Assembly: GCA_947627545.1 (NCBI GenBank)
Contig: CANQWK010000001.1
Location: forward strand, 15,473-79,472
Reading direction: 5' to 3'
DNA from: an uncultured Clostridia bacterium
GTDB taxonomy: Bacteria > Bacillota > Clostridia > Christensenellales > UBA1242
Length of the DNA stretch: 64,000 bases
The notes under the pieces are model-generated. The model was not told where the DNA came from and made no database searches. It saw only the letters and a list, made by a program, of their open reading frames with translations. This document shows, one piece after another, positions 57,146-64,000 of the stretch (within the stretch, counting starts at the first letter, position 1; every line of letters starts with the position of its first letter). Both the position numbers and the translations under genes were made by a program.

Positions 57146-57167
57146 TAAAAAACCGCATAAAGCGGAA
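57146..57167 (-). terminator. Terminator downstream of the second XRE gene
   Basis: On the minus strand, CCGC-tttat-GCGG followed by TTTTTTATT, immediately after the stop codon. Confidence 0.6.
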
Positions 57168-57171
57168 TTTT

Positions 57172-57657
57172 TTATAAATTAATTATTGTTACAACACTAG
57201 CAACTGCAATTAAAATTGCAATAAACAAAAACCTAACGCATATAAAAATTTTTGTGTGTTTTTCATAAGCATTACTCAGTTTAAAAATTAAAGCAAAAAT
57301 AATGTAAGGCACAACGCAAATCAAAATTGGAACAAACAAATATTTTGTTTTAAACCACAAAGATATAAGCACAATAATCAAGGCAACAAGGTAGAATGCA
57401 AAAGCAAACCAATAATATTTTAATGCTTGCTTTTTTTCTAACATCTTTTTGTTTTGCATATCTTGGTTAGTTAATAAACTATCTATGCTTGTGTTAAACA
57501 TTTCAGCAATTTGTTTAAGAGTTTCCAAACTTGGATACCCCATGTCCGTTTCCCATTTTGATATTGCTGTTCGGCTAACATAAAGTTTTTTTGCAAGTTC
57601 TTCTTGCGTTAAGTTGTTTTCTTTCCTTAACATTTTAAGTTTTTCGCTAAATTTCAT
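57172..57657 (-). CDS. Membrane-tethered XRE-family HTH regulator (second copy of this architecture)
   Basis: HTH_3 (LRKENNLTQEELAKKLYVSRTAISKWETDMGYPSLETLKQIAEMFNTSIDSLL) followed by 3 TM helices. Confidence 0.85.
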   Translation of the reverse strand: MKFSEKLKMLRKENNLTQEELAKKLYVSRTAISKWETDMGYPSLETLKQIAEMFNTSIDSLLTNQDMQNKKMLEKKQALKYYWFAFAFYLVALIIVLISLWFKTKYLFVPILICVVPYIIFALIFKLSNAYEKHTKIFICVRFLFIAILIAVASVVTIINL

Positions 57658-57803
57658 TTCAACCTCCTTAGCAATATTTTAATAGAAGATTTTTAAATTT
57701 CAATATCTATTTGCGACACTTTCTTTCACATTTTTAATTGTGAAAAAAATTCTATTTTTTGTTAAAAATATTTTATTGTTAAATAGGTTTTTTATTTATT
57801 CAA

Positions 57804-58154
57804 TTAAAATGTTAAATTTTTATTTTTTGCAGCAACAAAAAAGCGTCTAGCATTTTGCAAATAAGTTTTACTAAATTTTGGATTATTTGCCAAAAAGAAA
57901 CGCCATTGTTTGCTCTCTTTTTTTAAAATTTTATCATTACAAAAAATAAAAAAGTTAGAAAAATAAAATTTTTCAACACCATTTGCAATTTCTACACATC
58001 TGCTGTGGCGTTTAAATTTTAAATTGCCAAAATTGTCTGCATCTAAATTGCTTACGCTTTGAATAAAATTTAAAATGTCTTCAATTTGAAACTCTTGGCT
58101 ATACAAGGGAATGTATATATCTGTTTCAATTGTAAATTCATTAGCTTTTGTCAT
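57804..58154 (-). CDS. Hypothetical protein (116 aa)
   Basis: An ORF with moderate coding character and no recognisable motif. Confidence 0.45.
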   Translation of the reverse strand: MTKANEFTIETDIYIPLYSQEFQIEDILNFIQSVSNLDADNFGNLKFKRHSRCVEIANGVEKFYFSNFFIFCNDKILKKESKQWRFFLANNPKFSKTYLQNARRFFVAAKNKNLTF

Positions 58155-58233
58155 ATGTACCCTTTTTCAAACTTGTTTATTATATAAATTAAAGAAAATA
58201 TTGTCAAACATTATATAACTAATTAAATTTCTT

Positions 58234-58261
58234 TTGAAAATTCTTAAAACTATTGTAGAAT
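58234..58261 (+). promoter_or_regulatory. Promoter abutting the truA start codon (leaderless candidate)
   Basis: TTGAAA (58234-39), 16-nt spacer, TAGAAT (58256-61), then 6 nt to ATG 58268. No Shine-Dalgarno. Confidence 0.5.
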
Positions 58262-58267
58262 ATTTTT

Positions 58268-58987
58268 ATGAGATATTTAATGATAATTCAATATAACGGC
58301 AAAAATTTTTCAGGTTGGCAACGTCAAGAAAAAGCAATTACTATTCAGCAAATTTTAGAGGAAAAATTGCAAATTTTGTTAAAGCACACGGTTGAATGCG
58401 TGGCAAGTGGCCGCACAGATGCTGGCGTTTCCGCATATTTTCAACCCGTGCATTTTGAAACAAACAAACAAATTGAAACAGAAAAATTTTTGCGTTCGCT
58501 AAACGCTATTTTGCCAGAAGAAATAAAGGCTATGTCTATTGTTGAAAGCAACATTCATGCTCGCTTTTCGGCAAAGAAAAAAACCTATGTTTACAAAATG
58601 TATGTAAGCAAAATTGACCTTCCGCTTTATTCTTCTTTAATGCGAATTGACCCCAATTTAAATTTTAAAGCAATGCAAAAGTTTTGCCGGCTTATTGTTG
58701 GCACGCATGATTTTTTAGGTTTTAGAGCCTCTGGCGGAATAAACGATAGTACAATTAGAACAATTTATTCAGCCAAATTAAAAAAGGAGGGTTTAAACTT
58801 AAATTTTTACATTACAGGCAATGGCTTTTTATATAAAATGGTGCGAAATATTGTTGGCACGATGCTAGAAATTGGCAAAGGAAAAATCGACCTTAACACT
58901 ATAAAGCCAAACTTGTTTAAAAGTTTTAAATCTATTTATACTGCTAGGCCAGAATATCTATATTTGTTAAATGTAAGTTATAAATAA
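58268..58987 (+). CDS. truA: tRNA pseudouridine(38-40) synthase TruA
   Basis: GRTDAGVSA catalytic Asp motif, GTHDFLGF and FLYKMVRNIVG motifs. Confidence 0.92.
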   Translation: MRYLMIIQYNGKNFSGWQRQEKAITIQQILEEKLQILLKHTVECVASGRTDAGVSAYFQPVHFETNKQIETEKFLRSLNAILPEEIKAMSIVESNIHARFSAKKKTYVYKMYVSKIDLPLYSSLMRIDPNLNFKAMQKFCRLIVGTHDFLGFRASGGINDSTIRTIYSAKLKKEGLNLNFYITGNGFLYKMVRNIVGTMLEIGKGKIDLNTIKPNLFKSFKSIYTARPEYLYLLNVSYK

Positions 58988-58999
58988 TAAATTTTTGCA

Positions 59000-59095
59000 T
59001 GCCACAAATAAAACTTTGCGTGCCACTTTACTAGCTACAAAATAAAACTTACATGCTACAAATAATAAAATTTCACTTGCTACAAATAAAATTTT
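59000..59095 (+). repeat. Degenerate ~21-24-nt tandem repeats (core GCYACAAATAAAAYTT) upstream of the rplM promoter
   Basis: Cores start at 59001, 59034, 59055 and 59079, with a truncated copy at 59022. The array ends 18 nt before the -35 box. Confidence 0.65.
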
Positions 59096-59113
59096 AATTT
59101 TGCAAAAAATCTA

Positions 59114-59142
59114 TTGACAAATGTTTGTAATTAGTTTATACT
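59114..59142 (+). promoter_or_regulatory. Promoter of the rplM-rpsI operon
   Basis: TTGACA (59114-19), 17-nt spacer, TATACT (59137-42). Confidence 0.7.
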
Positions 59143-59149
59143 AATTAAG

Positions 59150-59299
59150 TATTGCTAAGCAAACAACGCTTTTTGCCACACGGAAAGTGTTGCGTGCTAA
59201 TCGACCTTGAACGCGAAATAAAGGTCAACATTGTTTGATTGTTAAAAACAGCAAATGTTTTAACACAACAAACATTAAAAATTATTTTAAGGAGAAAAA
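59150..59299 (+). promoter_or_regulatory. rplM 5' leader (L13-leader-like, putative)
   Basis: A ~150-nt relatively GC-rich leader with several hairpins, for example GACCTT...AAGGTC and AATGTTT...AAACATT. Firmicutes rplM operons are known to carry an L13 leader. The fold was not verified. Confidence 0.4.
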
Positions 59300-59737
59300 A
59301 TGAAAACATTAATGGCAAAACCAGCCACTGTTGAAAAAAAGTGGTGGCTAATAGATGCCGAAGGCAAAGTTTTAGGTAGAGTTGCTAGCGAAGCCGCTAC
59401 TTTGCTAAGAGGCAAACATAAAGCCGATTTCACACCAAATGTAGATTGCGGCGATTATGTTATTATAATTAATAGTGATAAGCTTGTTTTAACAGGCAAA
59501 AAGGAAGAACAAAAATATTTCAAACGTTATTCTGGCTATCAATCGGGCTTACATTTAACACAATACAAACAAATGATGGCAGAAAAAAGTGATGTTGCTT
59601 TAATGAGAGCAATTAAAGGTATGTTACCTAAAAACAGCCTAGGCCGCACAATGGCAACACACTGCCACATTTATAAAGGTGCAGAACATAATAATCAAGC
59701 ACAAAAACCAGAAGTTTGGAAGGGAGGTAAAAATTAA
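59300..59737 (+). CDS. rplM: 50S ribosomal protein L13
   Basis: [40 protein letters not shown] is typical L13 sequence. Confidence 0.95.
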   Translation: MKTLMAKPATVEKKWWLIDAEGKVLGRVASEAATLLRGKHKADFTPNVDCGDYVIIINSDKLVLTGKKEEQKYFKRYSGYQSGLHLTQYKQMMAEKSDVALMRAIKGMLPKNSLGRTMATHCHIYKGAEHNNQAQKPEVWKGGKN

Positions 59738-60432
59738 TGGCAGAAGTTAAAGAGAAAAAAACAACCAAAAAAGTTGCAACTCCTGACGAAGTTAAAGAAA
59801 AAGCAACCAAAACAACTGAAACAAAAACAAAAAAGGCTGAACCAAAAACCGAAACTAAAAAAGTAACAAAAAAGGCCGAGCCAAAAGCTGAAGCTAAAAC
59901 TGAAACAAAAACCGAAAAGGTATCAACAAAAAAGGTTTCTAAACCAGCTGAAAAAACCGAAGCAAAGGAAGTTAAAAAAGAAGTTAAAGAGGTTAAAGAA
60001 GTTAAGAAAACCGCTAAACCTAAAACAAAATCTGTTAAAGGCAAAGCACAAGAATTTTTAGGCACAGGCAAAAGAAAATGCTCTGTTGCACGTGTTCGCT
60101 TAACAACCGGTACAGGCAAAATTGTTGTTAATGGTGAAGATTTAAAAACCTATTTTGAATTAGACACTTTAATTACAATTGTTAAACAACCACTTGTTTT
60201 AACCGAAACTGAAAATAATGTTGATATTGTTGCTAATATTTATGGCGGTGGAAAATCTGGTCAAGCAGGTGCATTACGCCACGGAATTACAAGGGCTTTA
60301 ATGGAGTTCCGCCCAGAACTACGTGCTGAACTTAAAAAAGCAGGTTTCGTAACACGTGATGCTAGAAAGAAAGAACGTAAAAAATATGGCTTGCACAAAG
60401 CTCGTAAAGCTCCACAATTCAGTAAACGTTAA
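59737..60432 (+). CDS. rpsI: 30S ribosomal protein S9 with a ~100-aa Lys/Glu/Thr-rich N-terminal extension
   Basis: The C-terminal 127 aa form a canonical S9 ([14 protein letters not shown]...[19 protein letters not shown]...[18 protein letters not shown]). The start overlaps the rplM stop (TAATG). Confidence 0.9.
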   Translation: MAEVKEKKTTKKVATPDEVKEKATKTTETKTKKAEPKTETKKVTKKAEPKAEAKTETKTEKVSTKKVSKPAEKTEAKEVKKEVKEVKEVKKTAKPKTKSVKGKAQEFLGTGKRKCSVARVRLTTGTGKIVVNGEDLKTYFELDTLITIVKQPLVLTETENNVDIVANIYGGGKSGQAGALRHGITRALMEFRPELRAELKKAGFVTRDARKKERKKYGLHKARKAPQFSKR

Positions 60433-60466
60433 ACCGATAAATCAATTTATAAAAGCATCAAGTATC

Positions 60467-60496
60467 AAAAAAGGCCACATTATGTGGTCTTTTTTC
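60467..60496 (+). terminator. Terminator of the rplM-rpsI operon
   Basis: A6-GGCCAC-attat-GTGGTC-T6. Confidence 0.75.
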
Positions 60497-60852
60497 AATT
60501 AAAAAAGAGAGATGTTTTTTACACTCGAAATTGCAGGTCATCTAAGTTTAAAATTTAATTTTAATTCTTCAATTTAAACTAAATAGAAAACAAATATTGC
60601 AATTTTTATAGAGCATAGAACTGTCTCTCTTGTAATGTAAGGCTTTCACCTTACACTTATATATTGTGAGCATTTATTTATATTATTCATGTTTTTAAAA
60701 TTTTTTTTAATTTTATTTTTTAATTATTTTTTCATTTTATGTAAATTAATTTTTTTATTTTTGTTTTAGTTTTTAATTTTTTGTATTTAATTTTTGTTTT
60801 TCAAATTTTATAATTATATTTTAAACTTTACATTAATTTTTGCATTTAATTT

Positions 60853-61260
60853 TTATAATATTTTATTTGCCAAATTTTGTAAATTTGTATTTTCGTCTAT
60901 TGTAAAATTGGCTTTTGAAATTAATAAATTTTCTATTCCTTTTTTTAATTTGCTTTTTGTTCCGCTAAGCACAAAAATTTTTGTTGAATTATCAAAATTA
61001 ATGTAATTTTCATTAGATAAAAACATATCATCAGGCATAGAAATTATCTGTTCAAGTTTGCTCAATTTTAAACACAGGTTACTCTCTTGTTCTTCTAATT
61101 CATCGTTCATAAACATGGTGGGTTTTGTAGCATATTTTAACAATATTTTATTAAATTGTTGTTGAGCATCGGTATGTTTACAATTTAAAATTTTTGCCAA
61201 TTGCTTTGATGTTTTTAGCACTTTTTCATAATTTATTCCAAAAATAACCACATTTTTCAT
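60853..61260 (-). CDS. Shikimate-kinase-like / P-loop-kinase-like protein lacking a Walker A motif
   Basis: Start refined to ATG 61260, preceded by a GGAGTG Shine-Dalgarno. MKNVVIFGINYEKVLKTSKQLAKILN follows the kinase N-terminal strand-loop-helix, but GxxGxGKS/T is replaced by GINYEKVLKT. Confidence 0.5.
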   Translation of the reverse strand: MKNVVIFGINYEKVLKTSKQLAKILNCKHTDAQQQFNKILLKYATKPTMFMNDELEEQESNLCLKLSKLEQIISMPDDMFLSNENYINFDNSTKIFVLSGTKSKLKKGIENLLISKANFTIDENTNLQNLANKIL

Positions 61261-61312
61261 AATCACTCCGCTTTGCAATTATATTGTAACAAAAAATTTT
61301 AATTTTTTCAAT

Positions 61313-62371
61313 CTATTTTCGCAATTTCTTCGTATTTTTTCTTGACCGTTTTGTCCTTTTGAACACAATGATAATAATATTTACAATTATAACCGAATCT
61401 ATAATTAAAACTATGTATCTATAATCTAAAATCAACGAGGTAATTGTATAGTCATTTGTTAGCAGAGATAAATTATACCCTTTGCCAACAACAAACAGCA
61501 CATTTCCGTCAATATCTGTTCTAAGAACTTGGCTGCCAGCCTGTTTTAAATTTGTTATAGCCTCTTCAGTTGGATGTCCAAAATCTTTGCCACTGCAACT
61601 TATAACTGAATAATTTGGCGAAACTACGCTTAAAAATTCTTTACAAGATGAATATTTACTGCCATGATGTGCAACTTTTAAAATATCGCTATCTAACGCC
61701 GAGCCAAATTCTTCTATCATTTCAAGTTCAACTTCGCTAGGAATGTCTCCGGTAAACAAAAAACTTGAATTTCTATATTCAATTCTTATAACGGAACATG
61801 CATCATTTGTATCTTTATAATCTCTAATTGGGCCAAAAAATTCAATTTTATATCCATTTTGCTCAATTTTTACGCCATTTTGATTATATTTTGTGTAAAA
61901 ATTGTGTTCATCTACATAATTTCTAAAATTTTTATATGTATCTGCGTATTTATAATTTTCAATTTCAACCGGCAAATATATTGTTCCAAAAGAATAATTT
62001 TGCACCAATTTTAATGCACTGCCTGTATGGTCCGCATCTGCATGAGTTAAAACTAAATAATCTATAAAATTATTTTTGTAGCCGCTTAAAACTTTTTCGT
62101 CTAAATATTTTGTTAACGTTGAGCCGCTAGATTGCGGTCCACTATCTATAAGCATTATTTTGCCGTCTGGCAAATTGATAGCCATTGCATCGCCCTGACC
62201 AACATCTATAAAATGCACCAATAAATTATTTTTGTTAGATACAATGTTAAAATGTTTAAATGCTTTTAAAACAAATGGATTTAAAAAGTTATAAAACAAA
62301 CACATTGCACTAATTGCTATTGCAATAGAAAGTAAAATTATTATTTTAAATTTCTTTTGTTTTGCGTCCAC
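61313..62371 (-). CDS. ComEC/Rec2-related metallo-beta-lactamase-fold hydrolase with N- and C-terminal TM anchors
   Basis: VHFIDVGQGDAMAI, LTHADADHTGS and KVAHHGSKYS motifs. GTG start at 62371 with an AAGGAAG Shine-Dalgarno. It overlaps the patatin gene by 31 nt. Confidence 0.85.
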   Translation of the reverse strand: MDAKQKKFKIIILLSIAIAISAMCLFYNFLNPFVLKAFKHFNIVSNKNNLLVHFIDVGQGDAMAINLPDGKIMLIDSGPQSSGSTLTKYLDEKVLSGYKNNFIDYLVLTHADADHTGSALKLVQNYSFGTIYLPVEIENYKYADTYKNFRNYVDEHNFYTKYNQNGVKIEQNGYKIEFFGPIRDYKDTNDACSVIRIEYRNSSFLFTGDIPSEVELEMIEEFGSALDSDILKVAHHGSKYSSCKEFLSVVSPNYSVISCSGKDFGHPTEEAITNLKQAGSQVLRTDIDGNVLFVVGKGYNLSLLTNDYTITSLILDYRYIVLIIDSVIIVNIIIIVFKRTKRSRKNTKKLRK

Positions 62372-63195
62372 TTTTTCTTCCTTAGTTTACCAATAAACAA
62401 ATTTTGAATTTGAGGCATAATTTCAACAGTTGCTCTATACCCCTCTTTTATCATATCATTTTTTCCATTAATTTTCAAGGAATTAAACGCTTTTAAGTTT
62501 GGACATATAACAATATCGCTTAAATTTATTCCTTTTTGCGAATTATACGCGGTCATTATGCCGATGCTAGCACTAAACTGCTGCAATAATTTATCGCTTG
62601 TTGTGCCTTCGCCTCGCACTGAATTACAATCAATTGTTACAACAAAATCGCACCCTGCTTTTCTTAAAACATCTGCAGGAACGTTATTTACAACTCCGCC
62701 ATCTATTAACGTCATATTTCTATATTTCACTGGCTCAAACACGCCTGGAATAGCGCAACTGCCTGTTATAACCTTAGATAAATCTCCATCTTTAAAATGT
62801 ATTTCTTTGCCTGTTTTTAAGTCAACCGCCACCGCAAAATAAGGAATTTTTAAATTTTCCACTCTGCTAACCGGAAGAATATTTTTTATAATTTCTTGCA
62901 AATTATCTAATTTTGAAGGCAAAAATATCAACTTTGAGCGTTTAAAATCTTTATTTTTAATGCCGTATGTTAATTTGTACATATCTTCATAGCAAAAACC
63001 GCAAGCGTAAAGCGAGCCGAATAAACTCCCTGCACTTGTGCCGGCAATCATATCGAATTTAATGCCATAATCTTCAAACGCTTTAAACGCTCCAATAAAA
63101 GAAAAACCGCGTGTGCCACCACCGCTTAGGCATAAACCAACTTTATGTTTGTGTTTAAATTTATTTGTCAACTTCTGTTGTTTGCTTGCCTTCAT
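62341..63195 (-). CDS. Patatin-like phospholipase
   Basis: Oxyanion GGGTRG, nucleophile elbow GTSAGS and catalytic Asp in LIDGGVVNNVP. Confidence 0.92.
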   Translation of the reverse strand: MKASKQQKLTNKFKHKHKVGLCLSGGGTRGFSFIGAFKAFEDYGIKFDMIAGTSAGSLFGSLYACGFCYEDMYKLTYGIKNKDFKRSKLIFLPSKLDNLQEIIKNILPVSRVENLKIPYFAVAVDLKTGKEIHFKDGDLSKVITGSCAIPGVFEPVKYRNMTLIDGGVVNNVPADVLRKAGCDFVVTIDCNSVRGEGTTSDKLLQQFSASIGIMTAYNSQKGINLSDIVICPNLKAFNSLKINGKNDMIKEGYRATVEIMPQIQNLFIGKLRKKKWTQNKRNLK

Positions 63196-63430
63196 ATTTT
63201 TAATATGTGAAAAAAATGATTGTTTTATTTTATTTATTCTTTAAATTTATTTAATTTTGAATAATTTTCAATTAAATGTTTTATAATTCTTGCCTTATCT
63301 TAAAAAATATTATCAATTGCCGAATTTGTTTTGTATTATAATTCAAGGACAGTTATCTCCTTTTTAATTTTTATGAAATTTAACTAAAAACTGATATAGT
63401 TTTTATAAATTTACTAAAAACAGATATAAA

Positions 63431-63450
63431 AAAAGCCCACATGGGCTTTT
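63431..63450 (-). terminator. Terminator downstream of the coiled-coil gene
   Basis: AAAAGCCC-acat-GGGCTTTT, starting 9 nt after the stop codon. Confidence 0.7.
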
Positions 63451-63458
63451 TATTTTGT

Positions 63459-64000
63459 CTATTTATTTCCGCCTTTGCCTTCTTTTTCGCGAATTTTTTC
63501 AAGCATAATTTTTGTTGCTTCAATATCGCTTTCAAGGTTAGCAATTTGTTCTTCAAGAATATCGTTAGTATGTTCCAAAATAGGATATCTATCTTTATTT
63601 GCGGCAATAACTTCTTCACAATGTTGCACACTTAAACGCAAACCGTCTAACAATTCTAGTTCATTAGCAAGTTTTTGAGCCTTTTCTTTATCAATATCTA
63701 CATAATTGTTTACGCCGTATAATGCAATTTTTTGTTTTGCAACAATTGTATCTTTTCTACGCAATTTGTTCTGATTTCTTTCTAATTCGTTCATAATTTT
63801 CTTTAATGGACGATACTCTTTTAAATTAATTCTGTAATCTTTTTTAGCAACTTTTAGCCTTTCTTCCAAAACTGCCAAACGATTTAAGCATTCTTCTTCT
63901 GTCATATCTACAGTGTAAACAACATTTGTTGTTGTTTTTGTTTCGCTTTCGCTTAATTTTTGGTTTAGTTCTGCAACTTGAGCTTTTAATCTTTCAATTT
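63459..64000 (-). CDS. Coiled-coil protein, partial (5' end beyond window edge)
   Basis: The minus-strand frame stays open from the stop at 63459 to base 64000 (...IERLKAQVAELNQKLSESETKTTTNVVYTVDMTEEE...). The track ORF beginning at 63905 is only the first internal Met. Confidence 0.75.
   Translation of the reverse strand, partial: IERLKAQVAELNQKLSESETKTTTNVVYTVDMTEEECLNRLAVLEERLKVAKKDYRINLKEYRPLKKIMNELERNQNKLRRKDTIVAKQKIALYGVNNYVDIDKEKAQKLANELELLDGLRLSVQHCEEVIAANKDRYPILEHTNDILEEQIANLESDIEATKIMLEKIREKEGKGGNK

Noticed and set aside
59628-60119. 163-aa minus-strand ORF antisense to rplM/rpsI
   Set aside because: It is the complement of the Lys/Glu/Thr-rich repeat region of S9. The low-complexity repeats keep the antisense frame open. 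The sense frame is coupled to rplM and continues into the canonical S9 core.
60512-60577. 21-aa ORF (MFFTLEIAGHLSLKFNFNSSI) after the rpsI terminator
   Set aside because: The purine-rich stretch abuts the ATG with no spacing for a functional Shine-Dalgarno. No conservation evidence is available, so an RNA-level explanation is preferred.
1-64000. Alternative genetic code (TGA read as Trp, Mollicutes-like), suggested by the very low GC content
   Set aside because: Long conserved proteins (PolA, PFOR, Tex, the giant ORF) are intact under the standard code. Conserved Trp residues are TGG, for example in GRWGNFF of Lgt. TGA appears as a genuine stop at the end of 16631..17365.
1-64000. CRISPR arrays, rRNA operons, retron or DGR-like elements
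   Set aside because: No regularly spaced 25-40-nt direct repeats with unique spacers were seen. No cas genes, reverse transcriptase motifs or rRNA-like sequence were seen either. The tandem repeats found have only 2-5 units and no spacer structure.

Overview
Very AT-rich, low-GC Firmicutes-type (Bacillota) chromosomal segment using the standard code: TGA terminates 16631..17365 and Trp is encoded by TGG. About 55 protein genes lie mostly on the minus strand. Housekeeping genes include lgt, glmM, ung, polA, tex, pyruvate:ferredoxin oxidoreductase, truA, rplM-rpsI and rplU-prp-rpmA. The mreB-like / minD / M50 protease / rplU-prp-rpmA order matches the Bacillus subtilis arrangement. RNA genes are a long Bacillus-type SRP RNA and a tRNA-Leu(CAA) preceded by a truncated copy of its own 5' half. 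The dominant feature is one uninterrupted 11.2-kb ORF (3,746 aa, 17.5% of the window). It encodes a signal-peptide-bearing giant surface protein, transcribed divergently from a membrane-tethered XRE regulator, with operator-like repeats over its promoter. Other notable items:
- a Rho-architecture protein with destroyed Walker motifs
- an EndoA/MazF toxin with no adjacent antitoxin
- a protein with an HEPN-like Rx4H motif fused to a CBS pair
- a stand-alone Spo0A C-terminal-domain gene with tandem 0A-box-like repeats, next to spmA/spmB
- ribosomal protein S9 with a ~100-aa lysine-rich N-terminal extension
- a 703-aa HD-domain protein with a large unassignable C-terminal region
- an asymmetric heterodimeric ABC exporter
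- a structured, relatively GC-rich spacer downstream of the tRNA carrying four TTCTAACG copies
- several genes whose -10 box sits 6 nt from the ATG (probable leaderless mRNAs)

No CRISPR array, transposase, integrase or rRNA was seen. All protein family calls rest on motif recognition by eye, not on database searches.
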